DNA of 60,866 nt, filler included, from Candidatus Tectimicrobiota bacterium (GCA_016193065.1; 11 parts of 11 records of this genome joined end to end with filler, not necessarily neighbours in it); one strand, 5' to 3'. Shown: positions 34,717 to 45,661, numbered from the whole stretch's first letter. The notes: generated from the sequence alone by a model not told the origin. Numbers and translations: made by a program.

Positions 34717-34946
34717 TGACAAGTGCCATCGGAGTTTTGACACTACGTTGTGCCATCGGATTGGTGACTGCCCAACAAGAACGCATCGTTGCCGCGTCTC
34801 TCGTCGAGGGGGGTGGTGCCAACATCTCCGAGGGAATATTTGCCTGGTTCCACTACCCGGAATCTCGGACTCAAATCAGCAATCCAATGAAGATGTTATT
34901 GGTCCGGTGGCACTTCTTGCTGTCACCAAGCCGATGGCACTTGTCA
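34717..34946. mobile_element. 230-bp non-coding element with TG...CA ends and reiterated end motifs (IS21-like MITE)
   Basis: Perfect 16-bp inverted repeat TGACAAGTGCCATCGG; a second GTGCCAYCGG copy 27 bp inside each end. Confidence 0.6.
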
Positions 34947-35086
34947 ACTAGGGACTTTCATGGTGTTCTGTAGTGCTGGGACGGGGCCATGATAGGTCGC
35001 ACACAGGGCGATGAAGAATTGCTCCTTGGCTGGTATGCGATCATTGGGCACCACGGATCACGGACCGGTGGTCATGGAGGTGTGAG

Positions 35087-35415
35087 ATGACGCGTTCTAC
35101 TCGGTTGACCCTGATCCTGTTGATCGTAGGTATGTTCGTCTTGAGCGCCTTCGCTGACAGAGCCTCGGCCGGGGCGGCCCAGGAAGGCAAGGTGGTCTCC
35201 GATTTTTCACTGCTCGTGGGAGCCGGGGACTTCTATACGTTGCCCATTTACGCGATGATGAGGGACTACGCCACCAGATACAATCTTAGACTAAGAAGGG
35301 CGGATATTACCGGCGGAGGTTTAGGGGCTCAGATGTTCGCTGGCGGGACGGGCGACATCCTAGTCATTGGATTTCAAGGGGCTATCCGGCTTGCTGAGAC
35401 ACAGACCGTGGATGT
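35087..35415 (+). CDS. probable NitT/TauT-type ABC substrate-binding protein (3'-partial)
   Basis: Signal peptide; YTLPIYAM, GGGLGAQMFAGGTGDI. Confidence 0.55.
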
Positions 35416-35515
35416 NNNNNNNNNNNNNNNNNNNNNNNNNNNNNNNNNNNNNNNNNNNNTTAATTAATTAANNNNNNNNNNNNNNNNNNNNNNNNNNNNN
35501 NNNNNNNNNNNNNNN

Positions 35516-36509
35516 GGTCGGAACCACGAGCACGTACGAGGGGCACGGCATCTCTTCCGAGGTCCTCCGGGCGTACAAGGAGCTGTGGGCCAAGGGTGAA
35601 TTGACCGTGCGCAGCCATCTGCTGATCAGCCCGACGCCGGGAAAGGCCCTTCCCGTACTGGATGAGATGATCCGGGACTGGGCCCCCTACGCGGGCGGCC
35701 CGGGCTTCGGCGACGACAAGCTGAGGATCAGCGGAATCTTCCTGCAGTCCGGAGGGAGCCCTCACGTGGCAAGGCTCCGCACAGAGGAAGTCCCCTACAC
35801 GGCTTGGGCGGCGTATTACGTTGACGCGCCGACGCCCGAGCACTTCCGAAACGCAGCGGAGCTCTCCGCCAAATACGGCCTGCGGGTCAACGCCATTACC
35901 GCCGATCAGAAATCGCTGGATGCAACGCTCGCCGCATACGAGGACGTGAACAAGACCTTCTCCCTTCCCGGCAGGCGCTGGGTTGTGGAGCATTTGCTCG
36001 AGGTGACTCCGAAGAACATCGAGCAGATGAAGCAGCTGGGGGTTATCCCGACCGTCATTCCCACCAAGCAGGTGTCGATCTCGGGCCTTGCGCGCCTGAA
36101 GACAATGCCGCCGGAAAAACACGGTAATCTCGCCCCCTACCGAAGCATGATGGAGGCCGGTCTGCCCCTGGTTCTTGCCTCGGACAACGTGCCGATCAAT
36201 CCTTTCAACTCTCTTTGGGCGGCGGTAGCCAGGAAGGATTGGGTATCCGGCGAGCTCTGCACTCCCGCCCAGAAGTTGAGCCGAGAGCAAGCGCTCCGGG
36301 CCATGACGATCAACGGCGCGTATCTTTCCTTCCAGGAGCATGTGAAAGGATCCATTGAAAAGGGCAAGTACGCCGATCTAGCCGTCCTCAACCAGGATTA
36401 CCTCACGGTTCCGGAGGACAGGATAAAGGACATCAAGGGCTTGATGACGATCGTGGGAGGGAAGATTGTCCATAGAACCGGCGAATTCAGCGCCATGGGA
36501 GACAGATAG
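35516..36509 (+). CDS. YtcJ-like amidohydrolase (5'-partial)
   Basis: VVEH, ASDNVP, REQALRAMTINGAY, KGSIEKGKYADLAVL, TIVGGKIV. Confidence 0.88.
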
Positions 36510-36759
36510 GAAGCAAGAAAAGCGGCGTTGACTTACCAGAGGAAGCGGAAAGGGCCTGGGGGAAGCTGGAGTCTACTTAAGGTCCGAAGTAAAGCGAGCC
36601 CAGGCCCTGATCTCCGCGCGCTCTCCGCTCCATGCAGTCCCCGCCCTCCGGTGTGCGCTTGTCGACACAGTTGATTTTTTCAACATTGCCTGAGCTTCGA
36701 CCGCATCTATATTGAGCTTTAGAGTGGGAATCAAAAGCATCTAGAAGGAGGACCGGAAC

Positions 36760-38499
36760 GTGAGTACTCATACAGGTAGAGCCGGAAGCGCTTTTCCCCC
36801 AGTTCCGCTCGCACTTCTTTTGCTGGCCCTCGTGGCCTTGTTCACTGCACCCCCCCTATCCTGGGCGAAAGCTCCCGTCTCGGGCACGCACGGTATGGTG
36901 GTGGCGAATCATTACCTCGCCGCCGAAGCGGGCCTGCGCATCCTGCAAAAGGGAGGCACCGCGGCCGATGCTGCGGTGGCGACGGCGGCAGTGCTGGGGG
37001 TCGTGGAACCCTGGTTTTCCAATATCCTGGGCGGCGGAACCTGGGCGCTCTACTATGAGAAGAAGACCGGGAGTGTGAAGGCTCTGGACGGCGTCGGCCC
37101 CGCTCCAACCCATGCTACTGCCGAGTTCTTCAGGAACCCCGATCTCTCCGCCTACGGCATACACCAGGCGAATGTCCCCGGAGCCTGGGACGGCTGGATT
37201 CAGCTCCTGAAGGAATATGGAAGATTGAGCCTGAAGGACATCCTGGCGCCCGCCATCGAACTGGCCGAGAACGGCGTGCCCGTGAGCCCGGACTTCGCCG
37301 AATGGAACGAGAGACTGAAGGTCGAGATCGCCTCGATGCCCGACACGGCCGCTATCTATCTCAAGGACGGGAAGCCCCATAAGGCGGGCGACGTCATTTA
37401 CCAGAAGGACATGGCGAAGACTTACCGGGAGCTTGTGGAAATCGAACAGAAGAATCTAGGGAAGGGCAGGAAGGCCGCCCTGCAAGCCGCGAGCGACCAC
37501 TATTACCGGGGGCCCATTGCGAGAAAGATCGTGGATTTCTCGAAGAAACAGGGCGGACTCTTCGATCTCAAGGATTTCGAGAGCTTTCACGTCGAGTTCG
37601 TCGCACCGGTCAGGGTCACCTACCGCGGTTACGAGGTCTATGCCTGTCCTCCGAACAGCCAGGGGATCACCCAGGTTCTGGCGCTGAACATCCTGGAAGG
37701 CTATGACCTCAAGAAGATGAAGAGAAATGACCCGGAAACCATCCACCTCCTGTCGGAAGCCCAGAAGCTCGCGTTCGCGGACCGGTTCCAGTACATCGGA
37801 GATCCCAAGTTCGTCAAGATTCCCTTGGACAAACTGCTGTCAAAGGAGTACGCGGCGGCCCAGCGCAAGCGCATTGACATGAACAAAGCCATGGAGTGGC
37901 CCATCCCGGGTGGAATCGACACCAGAGATCTGGGGACGACCACGTTCCACATCATGGACCCGGAGGGAAACGCCATGGCCGTGACCACCAGCCAGGGGTC
38001 CAACTTCCTGGTCATCCCGGGCACCGGGATCAACATGAACAACAGAATGCCCATGTTCAATACGGACGAGGGCAATCCCAACCTGGTCAGGCCCGGCAAG
38101 AAGGTGAGGCACACCTCCAATCCGTCCATGGCCTTGAAGGACGGCAAGGTGTTCATGCTGTGGGGCGCCACGGGAAACGACCGGCAACCTCAGACGCAGC
38201 TCTGGGGATTGCTGAACATTGTCGAATGGGGCATGAGCCCTCAGGAGAGCGTCGATGCGGGACGGGTCATCATCAACACCTTCCCCCTGGCGCGCCACCC
38301 CCATCCCGTTCCCAACACCCTGGAGATGGAGCCCAGAAAGTTTCCAGCGCAGGTCGTGGAGGCGCTCAAGGCCAAAGGACACAAAGCGGTAACCCGGGGC
38401 ACCTTCGGCACGATGAATATGATCATGGTCGACACCCGCACGGGGCTCATGATTGGCGGTGCGGAGTCCATCAGCTCCGCAGGTGTGGCTACCTGGTGA
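36760..38499 (+). CDS. ggt: secreted gamma-glutamyltransferase-family Ntn hydrolase
   Basis: GGTAADAAVA, VPGAWDGW, PPNSQG, KLAFADR, catalytic TTT at DLGTTTFH, PGKKVRHT. Confidence 0.9.
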   Translation: MSTHTGRAGSAFPPVPLALLLLALVALFTAPPLSWAKAPVSGTHGMVVANHYLAAEAGLRILQKGGTAADAAVATAAVLGVVEPWFSNILGGGTWALYYEKKTGSVKALDGVGPAPTHATAEFFRNPDLSAYGIHQANVPGAWDGWIQLLKEYGRLSLKDILAPAIELAENGVPVSPDFAEWNERLKVEIASMPDTAAIYLKDGKPHKAGDVIYQKDMAKTYRELVEIEQKNLGKGRKAALQAASDHYYRGPIARKIVDFSKKQGGLFDLKDFESFHVEFVAPVRVTYRGYEVYACPPNSQGITQVLALNILEGYDLKKMKRNDPETIHLLSEAQKLAFADRFQYIGDPKFVKIPLDKLLSKEYAAAQRKRIDMNKAMEWPIPGGIDTRDLGTTTFHIMDPEGNAMAVTTSQGSNFLVIPGTGINMNNRMPMFNTDEGNPNLVRPGKKVRHTSNPSMALKDGKVFMLWGATGNDRQPQTQLWGLLNIVEWGMSPQESVDAGRVIINTFPLARHPHPVPNTLEMEPRKFPAQVVEALKAKGHKAVTRGTFGTMNMIMVDTRTGLMIGGAESISSAGVATW

Positions 38500-38521
38500 G
38501 TAGCCTACGAGGAGATTTGCC

Positions 38522-40330
38522 ATGGAGGCAAGGATCAGATTGGGCACGTCCGTATGTACAATCCTGTTCTTCGTGATCCTCGCATTTACCGGTTCCTCCG
38601 GGCTTGCGGCCGCACCCGACCCGGCGGCCGACCTGATCCTGGTGAACGGGAAGATCGTCACCGTGGACAGGAACTTCAGCATCGCTGAGGCGGTGGCCAT
38701 CAAGGACGGTGTGTTCATCGCAGTTGGGACCGATCGGGAAATTCGCGGCCTGGCCGGGCCCGGAACCCGGGTCGTGGACCTCGGCGGGAAGACGGTCGTC
38801 CCCGGATTCACCGATGGTCATGCCCACATGGATCGCGAAGGGTTGAAATACCTCTATCCCTCCCTGGAGGGAGCGAGATCCATCCAGGACATCCTCAAGA
38901 TCATCGAGCGGGAGGTCAAGAACAAGAAACCCGGAGAATGGGTCGTGACGATGCCCGTGGGCGACCCTCCGTTCTATGCGGGCGTCCCGGGAACCTTGCA
39001 GGAAAAGCGCTTCCCGAATCGCTGGGAGCTGGATTCCGTTTCGCCGAACAACCCGGTTTACATACTGGGCATCTGGGGGTACTGGAGCCGGCCTCCCATC
39101 GTTTCCATCGCCAACAGCTACGCCCTCAGGCTGGCCGGGATCACGAAAGACACCGTCCCCCCGTATAGGGGAATCACGATTGTCAAAGATCCCGCTACCG
39201 GGGAACCCACCGGAGTTTTCAGCGAGAACAGCTATGTTCCTACCGTGAATTTCAGCCTCATGAAAGTCGCCCCCCGGTTCACCCACGAGCTGAGGCTGGC
39301 CGCGCTCAAAGACTCCATGAGGAGATACAACGCCGCGGGAACGACCAGCACGTATGAAGGTCACGGCATCTCTTCGGAAGTCATCCGGGCTTATAAGGAG
39401 CTCTGGGCGAAGGGCGAATTGACGGTCCGCAGTCACCTGGTGATCAGCCCGACTCCGAGCAAGTCGGTCCGTCCCGAGCTCGAGGAAATGGTCCGGGACT
39501 GGGCCCCCTACGCTGACGGCTCCGGGTTCGGCGACTCCATGTTGAGAATCGGCGGGATGTTCATTCAGGAGGGAGGGGATCCCGACGTCGCCAGGCTCAC
39601 GAAGCAGGAGGCTCCTTACACGGAGTGGGCCGCCTACTACTACGATGCTCTGTCACCGGATAAATTCCGGGATATGGTCTACCTCGCCGTCAAGTACGGA
39701 CTCAGAGTCAATACCATCGCGGGGGATGGGAAATCTCTCGATGCCGCCCTGTCTCTGTTTGAAGAGGTCAACAAGACGTACCCCATCGCCGACAAGCGCT
39801 GGGTGGTGGAGCATCTTCAAGAGATAACCCGCGAGCAGGTGCAAAGGATGAGACGGCTGGGACTCGTGGCGACCGGCAACGCCGCCAAGCACGTTTCGAT
39901 CAGCGGCGGAGCGCGCCTGAAGAGGATGCCCAAGGAGCGGCAGGCGGAGTTCACCGCGTACAGAAGCATCCTGGAAGGTGGAGTGCCCCTGGTCCTCGCC
40001 ACGGACAACGTTCCCATTGAACCCCTGAAAGCGATCTGGGCTGCAGTGACGAGAAAAGACTGGTACACGGGCGAACTTCTTGGGGCGGCGGAAAAACTCA
40101 CCAGAGAACAGGCGCTCAGGGCGATGACGATCAACGGAGCCTATCTCACCTTCGAGGAGAACGTGAAAGGCTCCATTGAGAAGGGGAAGTACGCGGACCT
40201 GGCCGTCCTCAAGGAAGACTACCTGACGGTTGCTGAGGATAAGATCAAGGATATTGAGGTGCTCATGACGATCGTGGGCGGGAAGACCGTCTACAGCAAA
40301 GCGGAATTTACGGCCGGCCGGGAAGAGTAG
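38522..40330 (+). CDS. secreted YtcJ-like amidohydrolase
   Basis: Signal peptide, ADLILVNGKIVT, PGFTDGHAH, VVEH, ATDNVP, GKYADLAVL. Confidence 0.9.
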   Translation: MEARIRLGTSVCTILFFVILAFTGSSGLAAAPDPAADLILVNGKIVTVDRNFSIAEAVAIKDGVFIAVGTDREIRGLAGPGTRVVDLGGKTVVPGFTDGHAHMDREGLKYLYPSLEGARSIQDILKIIEREVKNKKPGEWVVTMPVGDPPFYAGVPGTLQEKRFPNRWELDSVSPNNPVYILGIWGYWSRPPIVSIANSYALRLAGITKDTVPPYRGITIVKDPATGEPTGVFSENSYVPTVNFSLMKVAPRFTHELRLAALKDSMRRYNAAGTTSTYEGHGISSEVIRAYKELWAKGELTVRSHLVISPTPSKSVRPELEEMVRDWAPYADGSGFGDSMLRIGGMFIQEGGDPDVARLTKQEAPYTEWAAYYYDALSPDKFRDMVYLAVKYGLRVNTIAGDGKSLDAALSLFEEVNKTYPIADKRWVVEHLQEITREQVQRMRRLGLVATGNAAKHVSISGGARLKRMPKERQAEFTAYRSILEGGVPLVLATDNVPIEPLKAIWAAVTRKDWYTGELLGAAEKLTREQALRAMTINGAYLTFEENVKGSIEKGKYADLAVLKEDYLTVAEDKIKDIEVLMTIVGGKTVYSKAEFTAGREE

Positions 40331-40389
40331 CGAGCGACCAGTCGCTTTAGGACCGCGAACTCCTCCTTGTCCGCAGGAGAGGATCAAGA

Positions 40390-40959
40390 ATGACTCGAAT
40401 TACCAGAACTGGAGGGACTCTGATCGTCCTGGCCCTGTTGGGACTCTTCCCCGGGGTGCCCCTTCTGCGGGGCCAGGATTTCAAAGCCGAGCAGCCCGTC
40501 GCGATGACGGCTCCGGGGCAGGCTCCCGAGATCGCGATGGTGAACCTTCTGGCCAAGCAACTGAACCTCAAGATCAAGTCCGACCCAATGCTCCCCCCGG
40601 AAGAGCTGGCCGGCGTCAAGACCCTCATCCTCATCCTCGGGGCGAGCGGAAAGGGCCTGGGGGAAGCCGGAGTCGACTTGAGGTCCGAAACGAGGCGAGC
40701 CCAGGCCCTGATCTCCGCGGCCAAGAGAAGAGGGATTAAACTCATCGGAATGCATCTGGGGGGTGTGATGCGGCGGGGGGAAAATTCCCAGGTGATGATC
40801 GATGCCGCGGCCGCCAGTTTGGACTTCCTGGTGGTCCGTTCCGACGGCAACAAGGACGGACTCTTCACGAAGATGGCCAAGGATCAAAAGATCCCGCTGG
40901 TCCAGGTGGAAAAGACGCTGCAAGTCGGAGAGGTTCTCAAGAAGATTTTCACTCTGTGA
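40390..40959 (+). CDS. DUF6305-like secreted protein
   Basis: Signal peptide; TAPGQAPE, LGASGKGLGEAG, GMHLGGVMRRG, GNKDGLFT. Confidence 0.7.
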   Translation: MTRITRTGGTLIVLALLGLFPGVPLLRGQDFKAEQPVAMTAPGQAPEIAMVNLLAKQLNLKIKSDPMLPPEELAGVKTLILILGASGKGLGEAGVDLRSETRRAQALISAAKRRGIKLIGMHLGGVMRRGENSQVMIDAAAASLDFLVVRSDGNKDGLFTKMAKDQKIPLVQVEKTLQVGEVLKKIFTL

Positions 40960-41068
40960 GCGGTTTTCCTGGGTAGGAGTAGGGTCCGCAGCGTCGCGTC
41001 CGGCTCTCAAAACCCACCTGTCCGCAACGGCCGGGATCTTCGGAAGAGCCCCTTCAGGGACCTGATCC

Positions 41069-42385
41069 GTGAGCGAGACCACAGAAATCCTCATCCAGAT
41101 TGCCGCCATCATCGCCACCTTCATCTACGGGTTCAGGACCAAGCTGCCCGTGGGGATCACCATGATCCTCAGCTCTCTGGTCGTGGCCCTGGTGGCGGGG
41201 TTCGGAATTCCCCTCCAGCACGTCGTGGAGGGGTCTTTTTACTTCCTGGAGCTCATGTCCTGGCTGATCACCGGCATGGTCTTCATCAAGGTCATGGAGG
41301 CCACGGGAGCCCTCGACGCGATCACCCGCTACCTCATGTACAAGTTTTACGCCTACCCGAGCCTTCTCCTGTGCGCGCTGGCGGTGATCGTCATGTTTCC
41401 GGCCATGATCACCGGGTCCACTCCGGTTGCAGTGCTCTCCACCGGGGTGCTGGTGGCCCCCATGCTTCTGCGCATGGGGATCCCGAAGCTGGAGACGGCC
41501 GCGATCATCGGTATGACCGCCCTCCTGGGACAGAGCGCCCCGCCGGTCAACGTGATGATCATGATCATCGCCACCAGTACCTTCATGCCCTATGAGGGAT
41601 TCATGATTCCCCTGGCGCTCACCACTTTTCCCCTGGCTTTCTTCTCGGCCATCTACCTGGGCCGCAAGTACGTGTCCTCGCAGGAACTGAGGAAGCTGGT
41701 TGATGTGGATGTGGAGGAAAAGCGATTTCCCGCCGGCTGGAAAATGCTTGTTTTGTTTCTGCCTCTGATCGTCCTTACGGTCTTGATGGTGCTCCCCCTC
41801 ACGTTCCCCTTCGCCTGGCCGGACCTCGGCCTGCCGTTGGACTTCATGCTCAGTGCTTTTGTGGGTCTTTTCACGGGCCTCAAGAGGGTGAAGTTCTCGG
41901 CCGTGTCTCTGGAAACAGCCAGGGAATCCTTTGTTGTTATGTCTCTATTTGTAGGTATGGGTGTGTTCGTGCACATCATGTCACTTACGGGTGTCAAGGG
42001 ATTCCTGGGAATGACCGCAGTAGCCCTGCCCAAGAACCTTCTCTATCTCTCCACAGCCATTGCTCCCGCTCTTCTGGGCGGACCGATTGTTCCCTTTGGA
42101 GTCGCCGCCATCCTTGGACCGCCGATCGTCTTGGCCTTTTCGGCCCAAAACGCCGTAATTACAACGACAGGCCTCTCCTTGTTCCTTTCCCTGGGATGCC
42201 TGTTCCCGCCAACGGCCTTGAGCTCTTTGTTTGCAGCCCAGATTACGGGCGTGGAAAATTATCTTTTGGTGACGAAACGGTGCTGGTTTCCCGCCCTTGT
42301 GAATGCGATTGTTGCATTTCTGGTCATTTACTATGCGGATGGGATAGCCCAATTTCTGGGATACTTCGGGGTGGCAGTCAAGTAG
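41069..42385 (+). CDS. DctM/IT-superfamily membrane transporter
   Basis: About 12 hydrophobic segments; FPAMITGS, GQSAPPVN, LFPPTAL. Confidence 0.75.
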   Translation: MSETTEILIQIAAIIATFIYGFRTKLPVGITMILSSLVVALVAGFGIPLQHVVEGSFYFLELMSWLITGMVFIKVMEATGALDAITRYLMYKFYAYPSLLLCALAVIVMFPAMITGSTPVAVLSTGVLVAPMLLRMGIPKLETAAIIGMTALLGQSAPPVNVMIMIIATSTFMPYEGFMIPLALTTFPLAFFSAIYLGRKYVSSQELRKLVDVDVEEKRFPAGWKMLVLFLPLIVLTVLMVLPLTFPFAWPDLGLPLDFMLSAFVGLFTGLKRVKFSAVSLETARESFVVMSLFVGMGVFVHIMSLTGVKGFLGMTAVALPKNLLYLSTAIAPALLGGPIVPFGVAAILGPPIVLAFSAQNAVITTTGLSLFLSLGCLFPPTALSSLFAAQITGVENYLLVTKRCWFPALVNAIVAFLVIYYADGIAQFLGYFGVAVK

Positions 42386-42411
42386 CGTCATGGTACAGGC
42401 CGAGGTGCCCG

Positions 42412-42585
42412 ATGACTCTTCCGTTCTGGTTTGAGCTGATCAACTGGCTTTACCGGGCAATCTATCTCTACATCGTTGTCATGATGATATGGAACATGTT
42501 CCGGGAGGGAACAAGCTTGGCGAAACAGATCGGCTACGCGCTCGTCACCGTTCCGTTCCTGCTCAGGGTACTGGGCTTGAAATAA
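42412..42585 (+). CDS. 57-aa two-TM membrane protein
   Basis: MTLPFWFELINWLYRAIYLYIVVMMIWNMFRE...PFLLRVLGLK; GAGGTG RBS. Confidence 0.65.
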   Translation: MTLPFWFELINWLYRAIYLYIVVMMIWNMFREGTSLAKQIGYALVTVPFLLRVLGLK

Positions 42586-42598
42586 GAGAGGAACGCCC

Positions 42599-43834
42599 TT
42601 GGAAACCACAAGAATTGCCACGGTGAGGCAAAGCATCTTCGTACTGATCGCGATTTACGTCATAACTGCTCTTGCCACCATCTACTTCGAGAGACAACGC
42701 ATCGAGGAACCGATTGTGAAGGGGCCGGGCGTGACCAGAACGGGCCGGCTGAGCGACTATTTCCCTCCGTTGAAGAAATACCCCGCAGTGGATACGGTTC
42801 TGTATTTCCTGGAAGGGGAGGAGCCGGGAGGAACAATGGCCATTCTCGGTGGAACGCACCCCGGTGAGCCGAATGCGCTGTTGGTCGCTACCCTCTTCAT
42901 AGAAAGGGCCAGAGTAAAAAAGGGTCGCTTGATCATCACCAACCGACTCAACAGATCGGGATACGACGTTACAGAACCTGGAGGAGGCTATCCACCTCGG
43001 TACCACATTGCGCAACTCAACGGCAACAGCCGCTGGTTTCGAATGGGAGGCAGGACATTCGCTCCGTTTGTCGCCTGGCCCGATCCGACAATATACGTGC
43101 ACTACCCCGAAGGTCAGTCGCTGGCCTCAGGAGAGAATCTGAATCTGAATCGCAACTACCCGGGGCGCCCAAACGGCCGGCTTCCCGAAAGGGTGGCCCA
43201 CGCGTTCATTCAGCTTCTAACCAAGGAGACCGCGGCTATTGCCGTGGATGTTCACGAGGCTCCTCCGGATCGACCTCTGGTTAATGCGATCTCGGCCCAC
43301 GAACGGGCCATGGACGTAGCGGCTCTCGCCGTCATGATTTTGCAGGGTGACGGGATCGATATCCGTCTGGAAGCCTCTCCCAAGGACTTGCACGGCCTCT
43401 CGCATAGAGAATGGGGAGACTATACAAAAGCCCAGGCAATTCTGATGGAGACCCCCTCGCCCATGCACGGTCCGATCCGGGGCAAGGCGACCGAGAAGCT
43501 CCTCCTGGATGCAAAGGACGAGTTCGAGCTCCGGGCGGCTAAAATGGGGCGCGTCTTTACCTCCTACGATGAAACAGGCTGGCCCATCAGCGTGCGGGCC
43601 GCCCGCCATACGGCAACGATCATGGAGCTGGCCAAGGCCTTCACGGAGCTCCACCCGGACCGCCCTATCGTGGTCGAGAACATGCCGTCCTACAAGGAAA
43701 TCAGCGAAAACGGCATTGGCCGTTACCTCTCGGTGGTCGATGAGCCGGAGCCCCGCTTGATGCCGGGCTGGCTGAGCTTCTTCTTCAATGAGGGGCACCC
43801 GATGTGGGGGTACGGGAGCGAGACCATTGTGAAA
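42599..43834 (+). CDS. membrane-anchored succinylglutamate desuccinylase/aspartoacylase (M14) protein (3'-partial)
   Basis: GGTHPGEP (HxxE), NLNRNYPG, DVHE, MET. Confidence 0.82.
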
Positions 43835-43934
43835 NNNNNNNNNNNNNNNNNNNNNNNNNNNNNNNNNNNNNNNNNNNNTTAATTAATTAANNNNNNNNNN
43901 NNNNNNNNNNNNNNNNNNNNNNNNNNNNNNNNNN

Positions 43935-44404
43935 CTAGGGAACCAATATTGAAGAAACTTTTGGTCTTTTTGGGAGAGTTTCTTTCGCAACTCGGGAAGC
44001 CGGATTTTACGGATAATCTCACTTGCTCTCTCAGCAATCCGTATTCTGAGAGAATCGAGACAAGAAGAGTCGAAGCTCTGGGTAACACTGCGAGCGATAA
44101 GAAAGGCCAGTGGATCGCGTTCAACCCCAACACTATGTCTACCTTTCTTTTGTGCGGCTACCAAAGTGGTCCCTGAGCCAGCCATGGGATCCAGCACCAG
44201 ACCGCCAGGGCTCGTGGTGCTTTCAATCAAATATTCAGCCATCGAAATCGTCATTCGTGCGGGGAATGGGTGAGCCCAAGGTGGGTCAATGGTCTGCCCC
44301 AGTGACTTCGATGCATGGAGTTTTGATAGCACCTCTTGCAACATACTGTCTCTTTGCGTTCCTCGTTCCGCCGTATCCTGCTTGTTCATCAAAGCACCGG
44401 TCAC
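43935..44404 (-). CDS. DNA methyltransferase N-terminal part (3'-partial; start uncertain)
   Basis: HPFPARM, VLDPMAGSGTTLV, GVERDPLA. Confidence 0.8.
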
Positions 44405-44935
44405 TTTACTTTAAACAATCTGGTCCCAAATGAGAACACCCACTTCGAAGAATTGCAAAGAATGCACAGGGAGCCAACCTTCTCTCTTACCTCGGGATAG
44501 GTGGAACCTCGGTATTATCCAACGGTCTTTCGACCAGGAATCATCAAGCGTGTTTGAGCCGTCGACAAGATCATTGCACAGTTAGGCGTCGGACAAAGCG
44601 AGAAAAGATTCCTGAATAACCACAAACACTGCTACCATCCGGGAATTACAGATCGTACTCTCGGTACGGCCTCCTCCCCCCTCGATTGAATGGAACAAAA
44701 TTTTGGGCTATGAAAATGCTGACTTCTGAGTGCCAATCCAGGGAGCTGTGTTTATGGCGTGAGCGATTTCTCAGAAGCCGCTGACCAGACTCTTACGAAT
44801 GGTGATTCAATTCTGTAGCTGGATTGGTGCCATTATTAGAACACAAATGCAAGTTGGGGTAAAGCCCTATTGCCAATGCGCTAGGGAACGCCTCGGGCTT
44901 CACTAACCTCGTGCCTCTATCATGAAGCGGGCTTT

Positions 44936-45007
44936 TCAGCCTACGGCACTACCCCTGAGTGCTGCTGCCGGGAGCCACTCCTCGATGAGCAGCCGCGGCC
45001 GGCTCAT
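44936..45007 (-). pseudogene. 5' stub resembling a DUF1156 adenine methyltransferase
   Basis: MSRPRLLIEEWLPAAAL, coupled by ATGA overlap to the NYN stop, then ends. Confidence 0.5.
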
Positions 45008-45650
45008 GGCATGCCTCCTCCGGGAGAGAACTTGAGCCGGTAGTCGCGCCGGTCCAGGCAAGCATCGTAGGTGGCCCTGTCGATGCGGATCCAGTCTGTC
45101 TTTTCGATGCCGCGACGGTTCCGAGTCGTAGGGCTGAAGGGGAAAGCGCAAGCCACTTTGATCCAGCGGCCTTGTTCCCGGGCAATCGTGCGAATCTCGT
45201 CGGCCACTTCAGACAGGTCCTGGTCCTGGCTGAAGATCAGGGCCACGTCGTACTCCCGGCGATGGGCCATGCGGATCACATCCAGGGCAATCCGTACGTC
45301 AATTCCCTTTTCCTCGCCGGCCAGGAATGTATGCTCCGTTCCGTCCGGCAGTGCCACGCGGCGGTTTCTGTAGCGCAGAGGGCGGGAGTAGACGTGAACC
45401 TTCTGCCAGCTCATAGCCCGCAGTTTGCGGACCCAAAAGGAATTCCAGCCCGCGTCGTCTGATGGGTCGGGAATGCCGGTGTAAAAGCGGATCTGGATCA
45501 GGTCCCAGCCCATGCGCTCACAGAGCTTCCGGGAAAGTGCCTGGACATCATAATTGGGATAGGTGTAGCCGAAGGACTCCGGGCACAGTGAAAGAGGTTT
45601 TGCCCGTCCAGGAAGGTAACGGTCCGTTTGACTGCGGGCTCAGCAGACAT
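45004..45650 (-). CDS. NYN (LabA/DUF88, PIN-like) domain RNase with a 1-nt frameshift near 45580
   Basis: FLDGQNLFH, RFYTG, EKGIDVRIALD, FSQDQDL; restoring one G joins CAR to ESFGYTYPNYD. Confidence 0.88.
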
Positions 45651-45661
45651 CACGAGCCCCT

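Noticed and set aside
34908..34921. sigma54 promoter TGGCAC...TTGC
   Set aside because: Spacing is 2 nt too short, and the motif belongs to the inverted-repeat element.
35516..40330. The two amidohydrolases as an assembly duplication
   Set aside because: Many amino-acid and synonymous differences show they are true paralogs.
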